Shown in pieces: positions 47,463 through 57,163 of a stretch of DNA of 64,000 nt. The position numbers were made by a program, and so were the translations under genes. The stretch's first letter is position 1. Every line of letters starts with the position of its first letter. Below the pieces are notes generated by a model that was not told the DNA's origin, did not search any database, and saw only the letters and a program-made list of their open reading frames with translations. Origin of the DNA: Treponemataceae bacterium (GTDB lineage: Bacteria > Spirochaetota > Spirochaetia > Treponematales > Rectinemataceae); assembly GCA_963677895.2 (NCBI GenBank), contig CAXXGJ010000006.1:352001-416000 (forward strand). The letters run 5' to 3'.

Positions 47463-49424
47463 ATGAACATAGTCGAAAAAATCATATCATCGCATCTGCT
47501 CGAAGGCGAACTCGCCGCGGGAAGCCAGATCGCGATCCGCATCGATCAGACGCTGCTTCAGGACGCCCTCGGCACGATGGCCTGTCTTCAGTTCGAGGCT
47601 ATGAAAATGGAACGTGTCCGGACCGAGCTCTCTATCCTCTACGTGGATCATAATACGCTGCAGACAGGCTTCGAGAACGCCGACGACCACTTGTTCTTGA
47701 GAACCTTCTGCAAAAAATACGGTCTGCGATATTCGAGGCCGGGCAACGGCATCTGCCACCAGGTTCACCTGGAGCGCTTCGGCGCGCCGGGGAAGACTCT
47801 CCTCGGTTCGGATTCGCATACGCCCACTTCTGGCGGCTTGGGGATGCTCGCCATCGGGGCGGGCGGTTTGGACGTGGCCGTCGCCATGGGCACCGCTGCC
47901 TATCACCTCACCATGCCCTCGGTCATCAGGATCGAACTGAAAGGAAGGCTGAGAGGTTCCTGCGCGGCCAAGGACATCATCCTCAAGCTTCTCGGGATTC
48001 TCAGCGTGAAAGGCGGGGTAGGGAAGGTAATGGAATACGCGGGCGAAGGCCTGGATGATCTTTCGGTGTATGAGCGGGCGACGATAGCGAATATGGGCGC
48101 GGAACTGGGCGCCACTTCGTCGGTATTCCCCTCGGACGCGCAGACGAAACGTTTTCTCGAGGCTCAAGGAAGAGGCGAATCCTTCGCGGAACTCCATGCC
48201 GACGCCGACGCTACCTACGAGCGGACGATCACCATCGACCTGGACGAACTCGAGCCTCTCGTCGCCGTCCCGCACAGCCCCGACAACGTCGTTCCTGTCT
48301 CCGCGCTGCGGTCGGTGAAGGTGGACCAGGTATGCATCGGTTCCTGTACCAACTCATCCTACTCCGACATGATGCGGGTAGCCTCGGTGCTCAAGGGGCG
48401 GACGGTGCCCGCCGACGTCTCCCTCGTCATTTCGCCGGGTTCCAAGCAGGTCCTCAACCTCCTCGCGAAGAACGGCGCCCTCTCCGACATGATCTCGGCG
48501 GGCGCGCGCATCCTGGAGAGTGCCTGCGGTCCCTGCATCGGCATGGGTCAGTCGCCCGCGAGCGGAGCGGTGTCACTGCGCACCTTCAACCGCAACTTCG
48601 AGAAACGTAGCGGGACGGCCGACGCGAAAGTCTACCTTTGCAGCCCGGAGACCGCTGTGGCTTCCGCGCTCCTCGGCCGAATCAGCCCGTTGGAGGCGGT
48701 AGGCGAGACTCCGCGCGTTCCGATGCCCGAGCGTTTCCTCGTGGACGACAATCTGATCGAGTTGCCTCCGGAATTCTCGGCGAAGAGCCCGACGAAAGGC
48801 TCGGCCGAAGGCTCCATGGAAGGGCTCGAGGTGATCCGCGGCAAGAACATCAAGCCCTTTCCTATGTTCGATGCCATGGCGGAATCCATCTCCGGCGTCG
48901 TCCTCATAAAGACGGGAGACAACGTGACCACCGACCATATAATGCCGGGCGGCGCCGATGTCCTTCCCTACCGCTCCAATATTCCGTATCTCGCGAAATA
49001 CTGCCTTGTCCGCTGTGATCCCGATTTTCCCAAGAACGCGGAGAAATACGGCGGCGGATTCATCCTGGGCGGCGCCAACTACGGCCAGGGTTCCTCGCGC
49101 GAACACGCGGCGCTTACGCCCGTATGGATGGGCGTCAGGGCAGTCATCGCGAAAAGCTTCTCCAGGATACACAAGGCCAACCTGATCAACTCGGGCATCA
49201 TCCCTCTGGAGTTCGCCGACCCCGCGGACTACGACCGCGTCGAAAAGCTGGACGAGCTTGCCTTTGAAAACATCAGGAACGCCCTGCTGCAAGCCGAAAC
49301 CGTTGATGGATATGATCGCACGAAGGGATTCTCTTTCCTTCTGAAATGCGACATTTCGGAACGCGAGCGCGGAATCCTGGCGGCGGGCGGCATGGTGAGA
49401 TACGTGCAGTCGGGGGGAATTTAA
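47463..49424 (+). CDS. Aconitate hydratase-family enzyme (about 650-aa type)
   Basis: GICHQV, GSDSHT, IGSCTN, CGPCIG, TTDHI, GQGSSREHA. Confidence 0.92.
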   Translation: MNIVEKIISSHLLEGELAAGSQIAIRIDQTLLQDALGTMACLQFEAMKMERVRTELSILYVDHNTLQTGFENADDHLFLRTFCKKYGLRYSRPGNGICHQVHLERFGAPGKTLLGSDSHTPTSGGLGMLAIGAGGLDVAVAMGTAAYHLTMPSVIRIELKGRLRGSCAAKDIILKLLGILSVKGGVGKVMEYAGEGLDDLSVYERATIANMGAELGATSSVFPSDAQTKRFLEAQGRGESFAELHADADATYERTITIDLDELEPLVAVPHSPDNVVPVSALRSVKVDQVCIGSCTNSSYSDMMRVASVLKGRTVPADVSLVISPGSKQVLNLLAKNGALSDMISAGARILESACGPCIGMGQSPASGAVSLRTFNRNFEKRSGTADAKVYLCSPETAVASALLGRISPLEAVGETPRVPMPERFLVDDNLIELPPEFSAKSPTKGSAEGSMEGLEVIRGKNIKPFPMFDAMAESISGVVLIKTGDNVTTDHIMPGGADVLPYRSNIPYLAKYCLVRCDPDFPKNAEKYGGGFILGGANYGQGSSREHAALTPVWMGVRAVIAKSFSRIHKANLINSGIIPLEFADPADYDRVEKLDELAFENIRNALLQAETVDGYDRTKGFSFLLKCDISERERGILAAGGMVRYVQSGGI

Positions 49425-49472
49425 GGCTTAGGCTAAAGTTGGGCTAAGGCCGCGGGGTGCGCGGCGCCCCGA

Positions 49473-49856
49473 TCACTTGGGGTTGCCCTTGATGGTACCG
49501 TAAGGCCATGCCTGTATGCCCCCAAGATCCAGCACTTTTTTGTAGCCGAGGGCGACGAGAGATGCCGCGGCCGCCGCGCTTCTCCGCCCCGTGCGGCAAT
49601 AAACAATCACCGTTCTGTCCTTGGAGCCGATGATCTGGGCGGCGCTTTTGGCCGTGATCTGGTCGTAGGGCAGGAGGACCGAGTCGGCTATACGCCCCTC
49701 GAGGAATTCTTCCTGGGTTCGAACGTCCAGAAGCAGGACATCCTTGCCGCTCGCCAAAAGCTCCCTGGCGGCCTTCGGGCTTATGAGAGAAGACTGGGCG
49801 AAGGCGGAAGCCGCCAGGGCGATCCACAAAAGCATTGCTATGCCGATTTTTCTCAT
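49473..49856 (-). CDS. Secreted rhodanese-domain protein (PspE-like)
   Basis: Signal peptide, LLDVRT.EEF, VYCRTGRRS, DLGGI. Confidence 0.88.
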   Translation of the reverse strand: MRKIGIAMLLWIALAASAFAQSSLISPKAARELLASGKDVLLLDVRTQEEFLEGRIADSVLLPYDQITAKSAAQIIGSKDRTVIVYCRTGRRSAAAAASLVALGYKKVLDLGGIQAWPYGTIKGNPK

Positions 49857-49959
49857 ATTTGGCCTCTTTCGTAAGCGATAAGATACCTATGAATAGGGGC
49901 GATCGCCAAAACCGCTAAGATCGCCATTGGCCGAATAGGAGAAGGTCGATGAGACCGCG

Positions 49960-49990
49960 GTTCGCGGGCCGTAGACTACGGACCGCGAAC
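49960..49990. terminator. GC-rich inverted repeat downstream of the opp operon
   Basis: GTTCGCGGGCCGTAG-A-CTACGGACCGCGAAC (one mismatch); no clear U-tract. Confidence 0.5.
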
Positions 49991-50006
49991 TGGTAGCCCG
50001 TGGCAT

Positions 50007-50975
50007 CTATTCCGGATTTTTCCTATTGAGGGCGTGGCAGGCGCAGAAGTGCCTCTCGCCGTACTCGAGCATGGGCGGCTCCTCGCGTTTACAGAGGTCG
50101 AAGGCGTAGGCGCAACGAGTGTGGAACCGGCAGCCAGCCGGCGGCGAGACAGGTGAGGGCGCGTCTCCCTCAAGCAGTATCCGCTCTTCCTGTCTGTCGG
50201 GATCGGGAACGGGAATGGCGGAAAGCAGTGCTTGCGTATAGGGGTGCAGAGGCTTGGCGAAGAGCGCCCGCTTGTCGGCTGTCTCGACGATTTTTCCCAG
50301 ATACATGACGCAGATTCTGTCTGATATATGCTTTACGACCGAAAGATCGTGGGCGATGAAGAGATAGGTGAGCCCGCAGCTGCGCTGCAGATCCTTGAGG
50401 AGATTTATGATTTGCGCCTGAATGGACACGTCCAGGGCGGAGACGGGCTCGTCGCATATGATGAGTCTCGGTTCCACGGCAAGCGCGCGGGCTATTCCGA
50501 TTCTCTGACGTTGGCCGCCCGAAAATTCGTGAGGATAGCGATCGGCATGAGACACGTCGAGACCGACCATCTTCAAGAGTTCCTGGACTCTTGTCTTCAT
50601 CAGGTTTCGGGCGACGAGGTTATGCACCAGAAGCGGTTCGCCGATGATTTCGCCCACCGTCATTCGCGGATCGAGAGACGCGAATGGGTCCTGGAAAACG
50701 ATTTGCACCTTTCTCCTGAAGGCCTTCATGTCGCTTTTCTGGATCGCAAAAATGTCCTTGCCCTCGAAGCGCGCCGACCCCGATGTCGGGTCTTCTAGTC
50801 GGATCAGCACTTTTCCGGTCGTCGATTTTCCGCAGCCGGACTCTCCCACCATGCCGAGCGTCTCGCCCTCAAGGATGCCGAACGAAATGCCGTCGACCGC
50901 TTTCACCGAACCGGCCGGGGAAGGAAAGTGTTTGACAAGATCCTTGACTTCCAGTATCGCCGCGCCTTCCTTCAT
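50007..50975 (-). CDS. Oligopeptide ABC ATPase (OppF/DppF-like)
   Basis: [29 protein letters not shown] overlap with the upstream ATPase. Confidence 0.92.
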   Translation of the reverse strand: MKEGAAILEVKDLVKHFPSPAGSVKAVDGISFGILEGETLGMVGESGCGKSTTGKVLIRLEDPTSGSARFEGKDIFAIQKSDMKAFRRKVQIVFQDPFASLDPRMTVGEIIGEPLLVHNLVARNLMKTRVQELLKMVGLDVSHADRYPHEFSGGQRQRIGIARALAVEPRLIICDEPVSALDVSIQAQIINLLKDLQRSCGLTYLFIAHDLSVVKHISDRICVMYLGKIVETADKRALFAKPLHPYTQALLSAIPVPDPDRQEERILLEGDAPSPVSPPAGCRFHTRCAYAFDLCKREEPPMLEYGERHFCACHALNRKNPE

Positions 50976-52018
50976 TTCGCTATTCCTCCATCCATCGATG
51001 CGTTCCCCGTATCGCTCATCGCGACGGATGCATCTGTCGCCGCGTTCCAGCATGCCACGGCGCGTTTTCCCGCGGCGAAAGGTTCCAGTGGCGGCACCTC
51101 AGTCATGCAACGCTCCGTCGCGCGGACGCAGCGCGGACAGAAGGCGCAGCCTGGGGGCATCTCCTGCTGGTTCGGCACGACTCCCTCGATCGCTTGAAGT
51201 CGCTCAACCTCCTGGTCGATGCGAGGAATGGATTGGAGCAGGCCGATGGTATAGGGGTGTCTCGCGTCCTTGAAGATATTCCTGACATCGGCTTTCTCCA
51301 CGATTTTTCCCGCGTACATGACGACGACATCGTCCGCGAGGCCGGCGACCACGCCCAGATCATGGGTGATGAGGATTATGGAAGCGCCGAATTCCGACCG
51401 CATTTTCTTCATGAGGTCTATAATCTGGGCCTGTATGGTGACATCGAGGGCCGTCGTCGGCTCGTCGGCGATGAGGAGCTTCGAGTTGCACGATAGAGCC
51501 ATGGCGATCATCACTCGCTGGCGCATGCCGCCTGAGAGCTGATGCGGATAGGAGTCCATGCGCTTTTCGGGAAGGGGAATGCCCACGCGCGTGAGCATTT
51601 CTATCGCCTTTTTCCTGGCATCGGCAGCGCCGATCTTCTGGTGCAGGAGTATGGCCTCCGATATCTGGGTTCCAACCTTCATGATGGGGTTCAGGCTCGT
51701 CATGGGCTCCTGGAAAATCATGGAGATGTCGTTTCCCCTGATTCCGCGCATCTGTTTTTCGGTTTTCGCTAGCAGATCTCTGCCTTCGAAAACGATGCTG
51801 CCGCTCACGATCTTGCCGGGCGGGTTCGGGATCAGGCGCATGATCGAAAGCGATGTCACGCTTTTCCCGCAGCCGGACTCTCCCACGATGCCCAGGGTCT
51901 TTCCTCTTTCGAGGTTGAAACTGATGCCGTCCACGGCTTTTACGACACCTTCCTCGGTCCTGAAATATGTCCTCAGGTCCTTCACTTCGAGCAAATTGTC
52001 GGCCACGATCCCCTCCAT
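50972..52018 (-). CDS. Oligopeptide ABC ATPase (OppD/DppD-like)
   Basis: [24 protein letters not shown]. Confidence 0.92.
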   Translation of the reverse strand: MEGIVADNLLEVKDLRTYFRTEEGVVKAVDGISFNLERGKTLGIVGESGCGKSVTSLSIMRLIPNPPGKIVSGSIVFEGRDLLAKTEKQMRGIRGNDISMIFQEPMTSLNPIMKVGTQISEAILLHQKIGAADARKKAIEMLTRVGIPLPEKRMDSYPHQLSGGMRQRVMIAMALSCNSKLLIADEPTTALDVTIQAQIIDLMKKMRSEFGASIILITHDLGVVAGLADDVVVMYAGKIVEKADVRNIFKDARHPYTIGLLQSIPRIDQEVERLQAIEGVVPNQQEMPPGCAFCPRCVRATERCMTEVPPLEPFAAGKRAVACWNAATDASVAMSDTGNASMDGGIAK

Positions 52019-53367
52019 CAGAGCCCCAGTCCATTGAGCACGGCCAGGAGGGCGCCGTACTGAATCTGGACGAGATCGCGTATCGCGACGGTGCCATAGT
52101 CGAGCGCTTTTCCGATCTCGTCCATCATGGCGTCGATCTTCGCGTCCAGCGTTTTGTAAGCCTCTTCGATGACTGGATTGTATTCCTTGGCCAGCTGAGC
52201 CTTGAGCGCCCTGCGGTACATCGAAATGATGATCCCCTGATAGAAGGGAGTGATGTAGAGGGCATGGGCTTCCTGTGCCACCGTCGCTTCCTCCTCCATG
52301 ATTTCCTTGGACATCGCCCAGGCTTTTTCGCCGTCCATCCTGTTCAGCATCTGCCCAATGAAGCTGGCGGAAGCGTCGCGCAGCACGGGTTCCTCGGTGA
52401 GCAGCGCCAGAGTGTCGTCCACCACCTTTTTGGCGAAGGTCAACAGGGCGCGCGAGCGCTCGATGCCGTCTAGCACCACGGCTCCGCGCTTCTTGCCCAC
52501 GGGGCTCGTGTCGGCGATCTTGGCGGTCTTGAAATAGGGAACTTCCGCGATGAGGGTGAAAGGCTTGCTGACCGTTTCAGCGTAATCCCTCGAGGATCCG
52601 CCGCCGAACATATACTTCGCGGGATCGCCTTTGCCGAATTTTTCGAAATAATCGTACGCGTCGCTGGCGAAGTTGGTGGCGTAGACGGCGGGATAGAGCT
52701 CCTTACAATAAGGGGCCTCGGGCTCTCCAAGGGAAAGCGACAGCCCGCGTTCGGTGGGCAGGCGATGAAAGTCGGCGTAGGCCGACTCGAGCGGCCGCGA
52801 AATATAGTAATAAGCGCCGCCGAAGCCGGAATTGTGAAGCGAGTACATGACCGCCGGCCTTGTGATGTCGATGGCCTTCATGAGCGCCTTTGTCTCGGGT
52901 ATCGGCTTGTCGAATTTGAAGGTCTTGTATTCCACGGGGAAGGTCCATTCGGCCTGGTCGTCTCCCCTCGGCCTGTAGAAATCGCGGGCATAGTTCTTGA
53001 GCGTGTAGGGCCCCTTGAACCAGCCCTCGTTGCGCCTCGTGCCGTCAGGGTCGATGCAGGGAATGATGTTCCAGGTCCTCCCCTCGCGCATTTCGGGGCT
53101 GGTCGCGAGTTCGTCGAGGAGGAAATAGGCCATCATCGCGCCGATAGGTTCGTTCGGATGGGGCGAAGCGAAAAGAAGTATGGAAGTCGGGCCATTTCCC
53201 ACCGTGACCATGGGGATCTTCTCCCCGTTTTTGGATTGGCCGACATAGGTCAGGCGGCAGAAGCCGGGATTGGCCTCTGCCACATGTATCGCGTGGCCGT
53301 AAAGCTCGTCGGTTCCGTAGAATTGGGTAAAGGCGGGCACGCGGGAAAGTCTTTCGTCTATAGTCAT
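52018..53367 (-). CDS. M14 family zinc carboxypeptidase (cytoplasmic)
   Basis: HPNE (HxxE), PCIDPDG, PETKAL, YSLHN; no signal peptide. Confidence 0.82.
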   Translation of the reverse strand: MTIDERLSRVPAFTQFYGTDELYGHAIHVAEANPGFCRLTYVGQSKNGEKIPMVTVGNGPTSILLFASPHPNEPIGAMMAYFLLDELATSPEMREGRTWNIIPCIDPDGTRRNEGWFKGPYTLKNYARDFYRPRGDDQAEWTFPVEYKTFKFDKPIPETKALMKAIDITRPAVMYSLHNSGFGGAYYYISRPLESAYADFHRLPTERGLSLSLGEPEAPYCKELYPAVYATNFASDAYDYFEKFGKGDPAKYMFGGGSSRDYAETVSKPFTLIAEVPYFKTAKIADTSPVGKKRGAVVLDGIERSRALLTFAKKVVDDTLALLTEEPVLRDASASFIGQMLNRMDGEKAWAMSKEIMEEEATVAQEAHALYITPFYQGIIISMYRRALKAQLAKEYNPVIEEAYKTLDAKIDAMMDEIGKALDYGTVAIRDLVQIQYGALLAVLNGLGL

Positions 53368-53377
53368 GGAAGCGCTC

Positions 53378-54250
53378 CTATTTAAGCTGTTTCGAGAGTC
53401 GGGGGTCGAGCGTATCGCGCAACGCGTCGCCGATGAAGTTGAAACTCAGCACGACCAGGAAAATGCATAGTCCCGGCCAGAGAATCATGTCGGAATTGAG
53501 AAGTATGTAATCCTTGCCCTCGTTCACCATAGAGCCCCATTCGGGCGTCGGCTGCTGGACGCCGAAGCCGAGAAAGCCCAGCGCCGCGGAGGAAAGGATC
53601 GCTCCCGGAATTCCTAAGGTCGCCTGCACGATTATGGGGGTAATGGTGTTGGGCATTATGTGCCTGAATATGATGCGCGCGTCGCTGCAACCTGTCGTCT
53701 TGGCCGCCTGGATATACTCGATATTCCTGAGCGAAAGCACTTGGCCTCGCACGAGTCTGGCATAGCTGGGCCAATGCACGAGCCCCAGCACCCACATGAC
53801 ATTGAAAATGCTCGGTCCGAGTATGGCCATCACCGCGATGACGAGGATGAGGAAGGGAAAGGAATAGAACACTTCCACGAGACGCATGACGGTGAAATCC
53901 ACCCATCCGCCATAGTAGCCGGAGAGGAGTCCCAAAATTGTTCCGACAACGGCGGCCAACGTCACGACGACGATGCCGATGAGCAGGGAGATGCGCGCTC
54001 CATACGCCAGCCGCGACAGGGTGTCCCTGCCGAAATTATCGGTGCCCAGCAGATGCCCGCCGCTTCCTGCCGGCACGAAGGCGTGTTCCAGATCCATGGT
54101 ATAGGGATCGAATCGCACCAGCACCGGGGCGAATACAGCGATTACGATAAAGGCGGACAGCGCGATCAGACCGACAATGCCCAACTTATGACGGGCGAAA
54201 ACCTTGAGGAGCCGCGGCGCGCCGGAGAATATAGTGTTCCGTTTTTTCAT
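53378..54250 (-). CDS. Oligopeptide ABC permease (OppC/DppC-like)
   Basis: HLLGTDNFGRD, YIQAAK, RHIMPN, PEWG. Confidence 0.92.
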   Translation of the reverse strand: MKKRNTIFSGAPRLLKVFARHKLGIVGLIALSAFIVIAVFAPVLVRFDPYTMDLEHAFVPAGSGGHLLGTDNFGRDTLSRLAYGARISLLIGIVVVTLAAVVGTILGLLSGYYGGWVDFTVMRLVEVFYSFPFLILVIAVMAILGPSIFNVMWVLGLVHWPSYARLVRGQVLSLRNIEYIQAAKTTGCSDARIIFRHIMPNTITPIIVQATLGIPGAILSSAALGFLGFGVQQPTPEWGSMVNEGKDYILLNSDMILWPGLCIFLVVLSFNFIGDALRDTLDPRLSKQLK

Positions 54251-54251
54251 A

Positions 54252-55199
54252 TCAATCGTACCTGATCCTCGGATCTATGAAGACATACAGAATATCCACG
54301 ATGAGCATGACCGCCACGAAGCAGACCGCGAACACGAGCACCGTCCCCTGGATGAGCGGGAGGTCCCTGAACTTTACGGCGTTCATGGCCAGCATGCCGA
54401 GTCCGGGCAGGGAAAATATCGTCTCTATGATGACGGCGCCGCCCAGCAGCGAGCCGAACTGCATACCGAAGGTCGTAAGTATCGGAAGGAAGGCGTTCGG
54501 AAAAGCGTGTTTGAAAAGCACGCCCATTTCGCTCTGTCCCTTGGCTCTGGCCGTCCTCGCGAAATCCTGGCCCAGCGCTTCGATCATGGTGGCGCGCGTG
54601 AGCCTCGTGAGAATGCCCGCCATGCTGCTCCCCAAGGTGATCGAGGGCAGAATGAGATAGCGTATCTGTTTCAGGAAGGTCGAGTCGTAGGTGGGAAGTC
54701 CGCGTATGGGGAGCCAGCCCAGCCTTAGGCCGAAAAAGAGTATGAGGAGAAGCCCCAAATAGAACGAAGGCATCGAAACGCCTACCAGCGCTATGGCCGT
54801 GGCGGAATAATCGAAAATGGACCTGCGCCGCGCCGCGGCGAGCACTCCCAGAGGGATGGCGATGCACAGGGAGACGAGGCAGGAAAAAATGGTCAACTTG
54901 AAGGTGTTTCCGATTTTTTCGCCGATCATCTCGGCCACGGGCCGGTTGAACTGCACGGATCGCCCCATGTCGCCTTTTACGAGTTTTCCCATGTACGACA
55001 CATACTGAACATACCAGGGGCGATCGAGTCCGAGTTCAGCCTTCAGCTTCGCCACATTTTCAACGTTGACCGTTTCATTGCTCAACATGAGGCTTATCGA
55101 ATCGCCCGGGGCGAAAGAGACTAACGCGAAAACGATGAAGGAGATACCGACGAGAACCGGGATGGTCGTCAGGATCCTTCGAGCGAGGTATTTACCCAT
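54252..55199 (-). CDS. Oligopeptide ABC permease (OppB/DppB-like)
   Basis: LGLDRP, GDMGRS, ARTARAKG, ETIFSLPGLG. Confidence 0.92.
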   Translation of the reverse strand: MGKYLARRILTTIPVLVGISFIVFALVSFAPGDSISLMLSNETVNVENVAKLKAELGLDRPWYVQYVSYMGKLVKGDMGRSVQFNRPVAEMIGEKIGNTFKLTIFSCLVSLCIAIPLGVLAAARRRSIFDYSATAIALVGVSMPSFYLGLLLILFFGLRLGWLPIRGLPTYDSTFLKQIRYLILPSITLGSSMAGILTRLTRATMIEALGQDFARTARAKGQSEMGVLFKHAFPNAFLPILTTFGMQFGSLLGGAVIIETIFSLPGLGMLAMNAVKFRDLPLIQGTVLVFAVCFVAVMLIVDILYVFIDPRIRYD

Positions 55200-55226
55200 T
55201 CTTCCTCTCCAAGCCCGAGGACCCGC

Positions 55227-55250
55227 CCCGGGCTGTCAATACAGCCCGGG
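55227..55250. other. Intercistronic hairpin between the SBP and permease genes
   Basis: CCCGGGCTGT-CAAT-ACAGCCCGGG. Confidence 0.7.
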
Positions 55251-55271
55251 ATCGAGCCTATGGAAGTTTTT

Positions 55272-56852
55272 CTATTTATTGAGCCAGACGTTGTTTTCCG
55301 TTGAGACGAGGGTCAAGCCGCCCCACGGAGGCACAAAGTCCACCACTTTCTTGCTTGACACCGCGTAGCTGTATTCGAAATAGAGAGGTATGCCGACAGT
55401 GTCCTTGAATACAAGGCGCTGGGCTTTCTTCCAGAGGGAAGAAAGCTCGTCGAACTTTACCTTCGTCAAGGCTTCGTCCAGGAGCTTGTTGACTTCCGGA
55501 TTGTTGTAGAAGTGCGTGTTCGCGGCTCCGATCATGCTTCCGTGGAAGAGCGAATGGAATCCGGTGGTGCCCGCGAAGCTGTAGTCGAAGAAGACGGTGG
55601 TGTTGCCTTTGAGAAGATCGTCCGCCCAGACGGCCGTGTCCTGGGTGAGCACGCTCGCGTTGATGCCCTTTTCGCGCAGCTGGGTCGCGAGAATGGTGAG
55701 CGCCTTGACCTGCGAACCGGCCAGCGTCTTGATCTCGATCTTGAAGGGTTTTCCGTTGAGATCGAGGAAACCGTCGCCGTCCTGATCCTTGAAGCCGTTG
55801 GCGGCCAGGATCTTGAGGCCTTGAGCGGGATCATAGCTCCAGAGGTCTTTCAGCGAGAGGTCATAGCCGAAGGGTACCCAGGGCGGAACCTGTCCGTAGG
55901 CGCGTTCGCCGTGGTCGCCGATGATCGCTTTGTAGGCGGTATCGATATCCAGAAGCATGGAGAGGGCTTTTCTGACGGCCGGGTTGCTGTAGGGGGCGAC
56001 TGTCGTATTGAAGCCGAGACCGCGGTACGAACCGCCGCCCGATTTCACTACGTTGAATTTGGGATTTTTCTCGAAGCTGTCGGCCATTTCGAGGTTGAAA
56101 AGATGCTTGATCACATCGATTTCGCCCGACTGGAGCGCGATAGACTGGGCCAGAGGATCGGGAATGACCACGAATTCCACCGCGTCGAGATACACGGGCA
56201 GGCGATAGAAGGCGTTTTTGACCAGGAGCAGGCCGGAGTCGGGGGAGAAGCTCTTGAATTTGTATGGCCCGCTGCCGATCGGATGTTTCGCGAAGCCGTC
56301 TTCGCCCAGCTTGTCGATGGCTTCCTTGGGAATTATGCACATGCGGCAGAGCCTGTTGGGGTCGTTGACCAGGAAGGGCTGGGGTGTCTTGGTGGTGATT
56401 TCCACGGTATAGCGATCGAGCGCCTTCACGCCGGTGATAGGGCCGAGGGTGTAGGCGGTGCTCGTCTTCTGCATGAATTCTATGGAGTAGACCACATCGT
56501 CGGCGGTGATTTCCCTGCGAGTGCCCTTCGGGAAGATCGGGTTGTCGTCATGGAAGAGAACGCCCTTCTTGATCGAGAAAACCCAGGTGAGCGGATCGGG
56601 ATTGGTCCATCCTTCGGCGAGCGAAGGTATCGGCTTGAAATCGTCCTTGCTGAGAATGAAGAGCGTGTCGAAGATGACGCTTTGGGAATCCGTGATATCG
56701 TTCGCGGCGGTCTTGTAGAGCTGGAGGCTCTGAAGGCTTGACGCGGCAACCTTCAATGTGCCGCCCGACCTCGGCGTCGCCCCGAAGGCGGCTGTAGCGC
56801 CTCCGAGAAGCAGGGCCGTCATTACGATTGCTGCAAAGGTTTTTCTGAACAA
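55272..56852 (-). CDS. Peptide/nickel ABC substrate-binding protein (family 5)
   Basis: TTG start after AGGAGG; signal peptide; PSLAEGW, TADDVVYS, PIGSGPYK. Confidence 0.88.
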   Translation of the reverse strand: MFRKTFAAIVMTALLLGGATAAFGATPRSGGTLKVAASSLQSLQLYKTAANDITDSQSVIFDTLFILSKDDFKPIPSLAEGWTNPDPLTWVFSIKKGVLFHDDNPIFPKGTRREITADDVVYSIEFMQKTSTAYTLGPITGVKALDRYTVEITTKTPQPFLVNDPNRLCRMCIIPKEAIDKLGEDGFAKHPIGSGPYKFKSFSPDSGLLLVKNAFYRLPVYLDAVEFVVIPDPLAQSIALQSGEIDVIKHLFNLEMADSFEKNPKFNVVKSGGGSYRGLGFNTTVAPYSNPAVRKALSMLLDIDTAYKAIIGDHGERAYGQVPPWVPFGYDLSLKDLWSYDPAQGLKILAANGFKDQDGDGFLDLNGKPFKIEIKTLAGSQVKALTILATQLREKGINASVLTQDTAVWADDLLKGNTTVFFDYSFAGTTGFHSLFHGSMIGAANTHFYNNPEVNKLLDEALTKVKFDELSSLWKKAQRLVFKDTVGIPLYFEYSYAVSSKKVVDFVPPWGGLTLVSTENNVWLNK

Positions 56853-57163
56853 TTCGAGACCTCCTGATAGTCGATATATGCGGCGATACACACCGCGCAA
56901 AGCCCGAAGGATATACTTTGCCATTGAATAACCGAAGTGTCGGGGTCTATGCCTGACCGAATATTTATCCAACGGCTATATGCAAATCAGCATATATTTA
57001 AAGTTATGCGATTAAAGAACAAATCTTATCGAATATATTCTACCAGAAGATTCTACAATGCAATAGAAACCAAGCGAAAAGCTTATGGTTTACATCATCT
57101 ATTTTGCATTTTTATGAGGAAGGGGAAATTGTCCGAGACAGAGAAAGGACATTCGGCGGCCGC

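Noticed and set aside
48775..48830. Short degenerate repeats in the aconitase linker (SAKSPTKGSAEGSMEG)
   Set aside because: An in-frame low-complexity linker expansion with no sign of a repeat array.
56975..57000. Possible sigma54 promoter for the opp operon (minus-strand ATATGCTGATTTGCAT)
   Set aside because: A -12-like TTGC is present but the invariant GG at -24 is absent.
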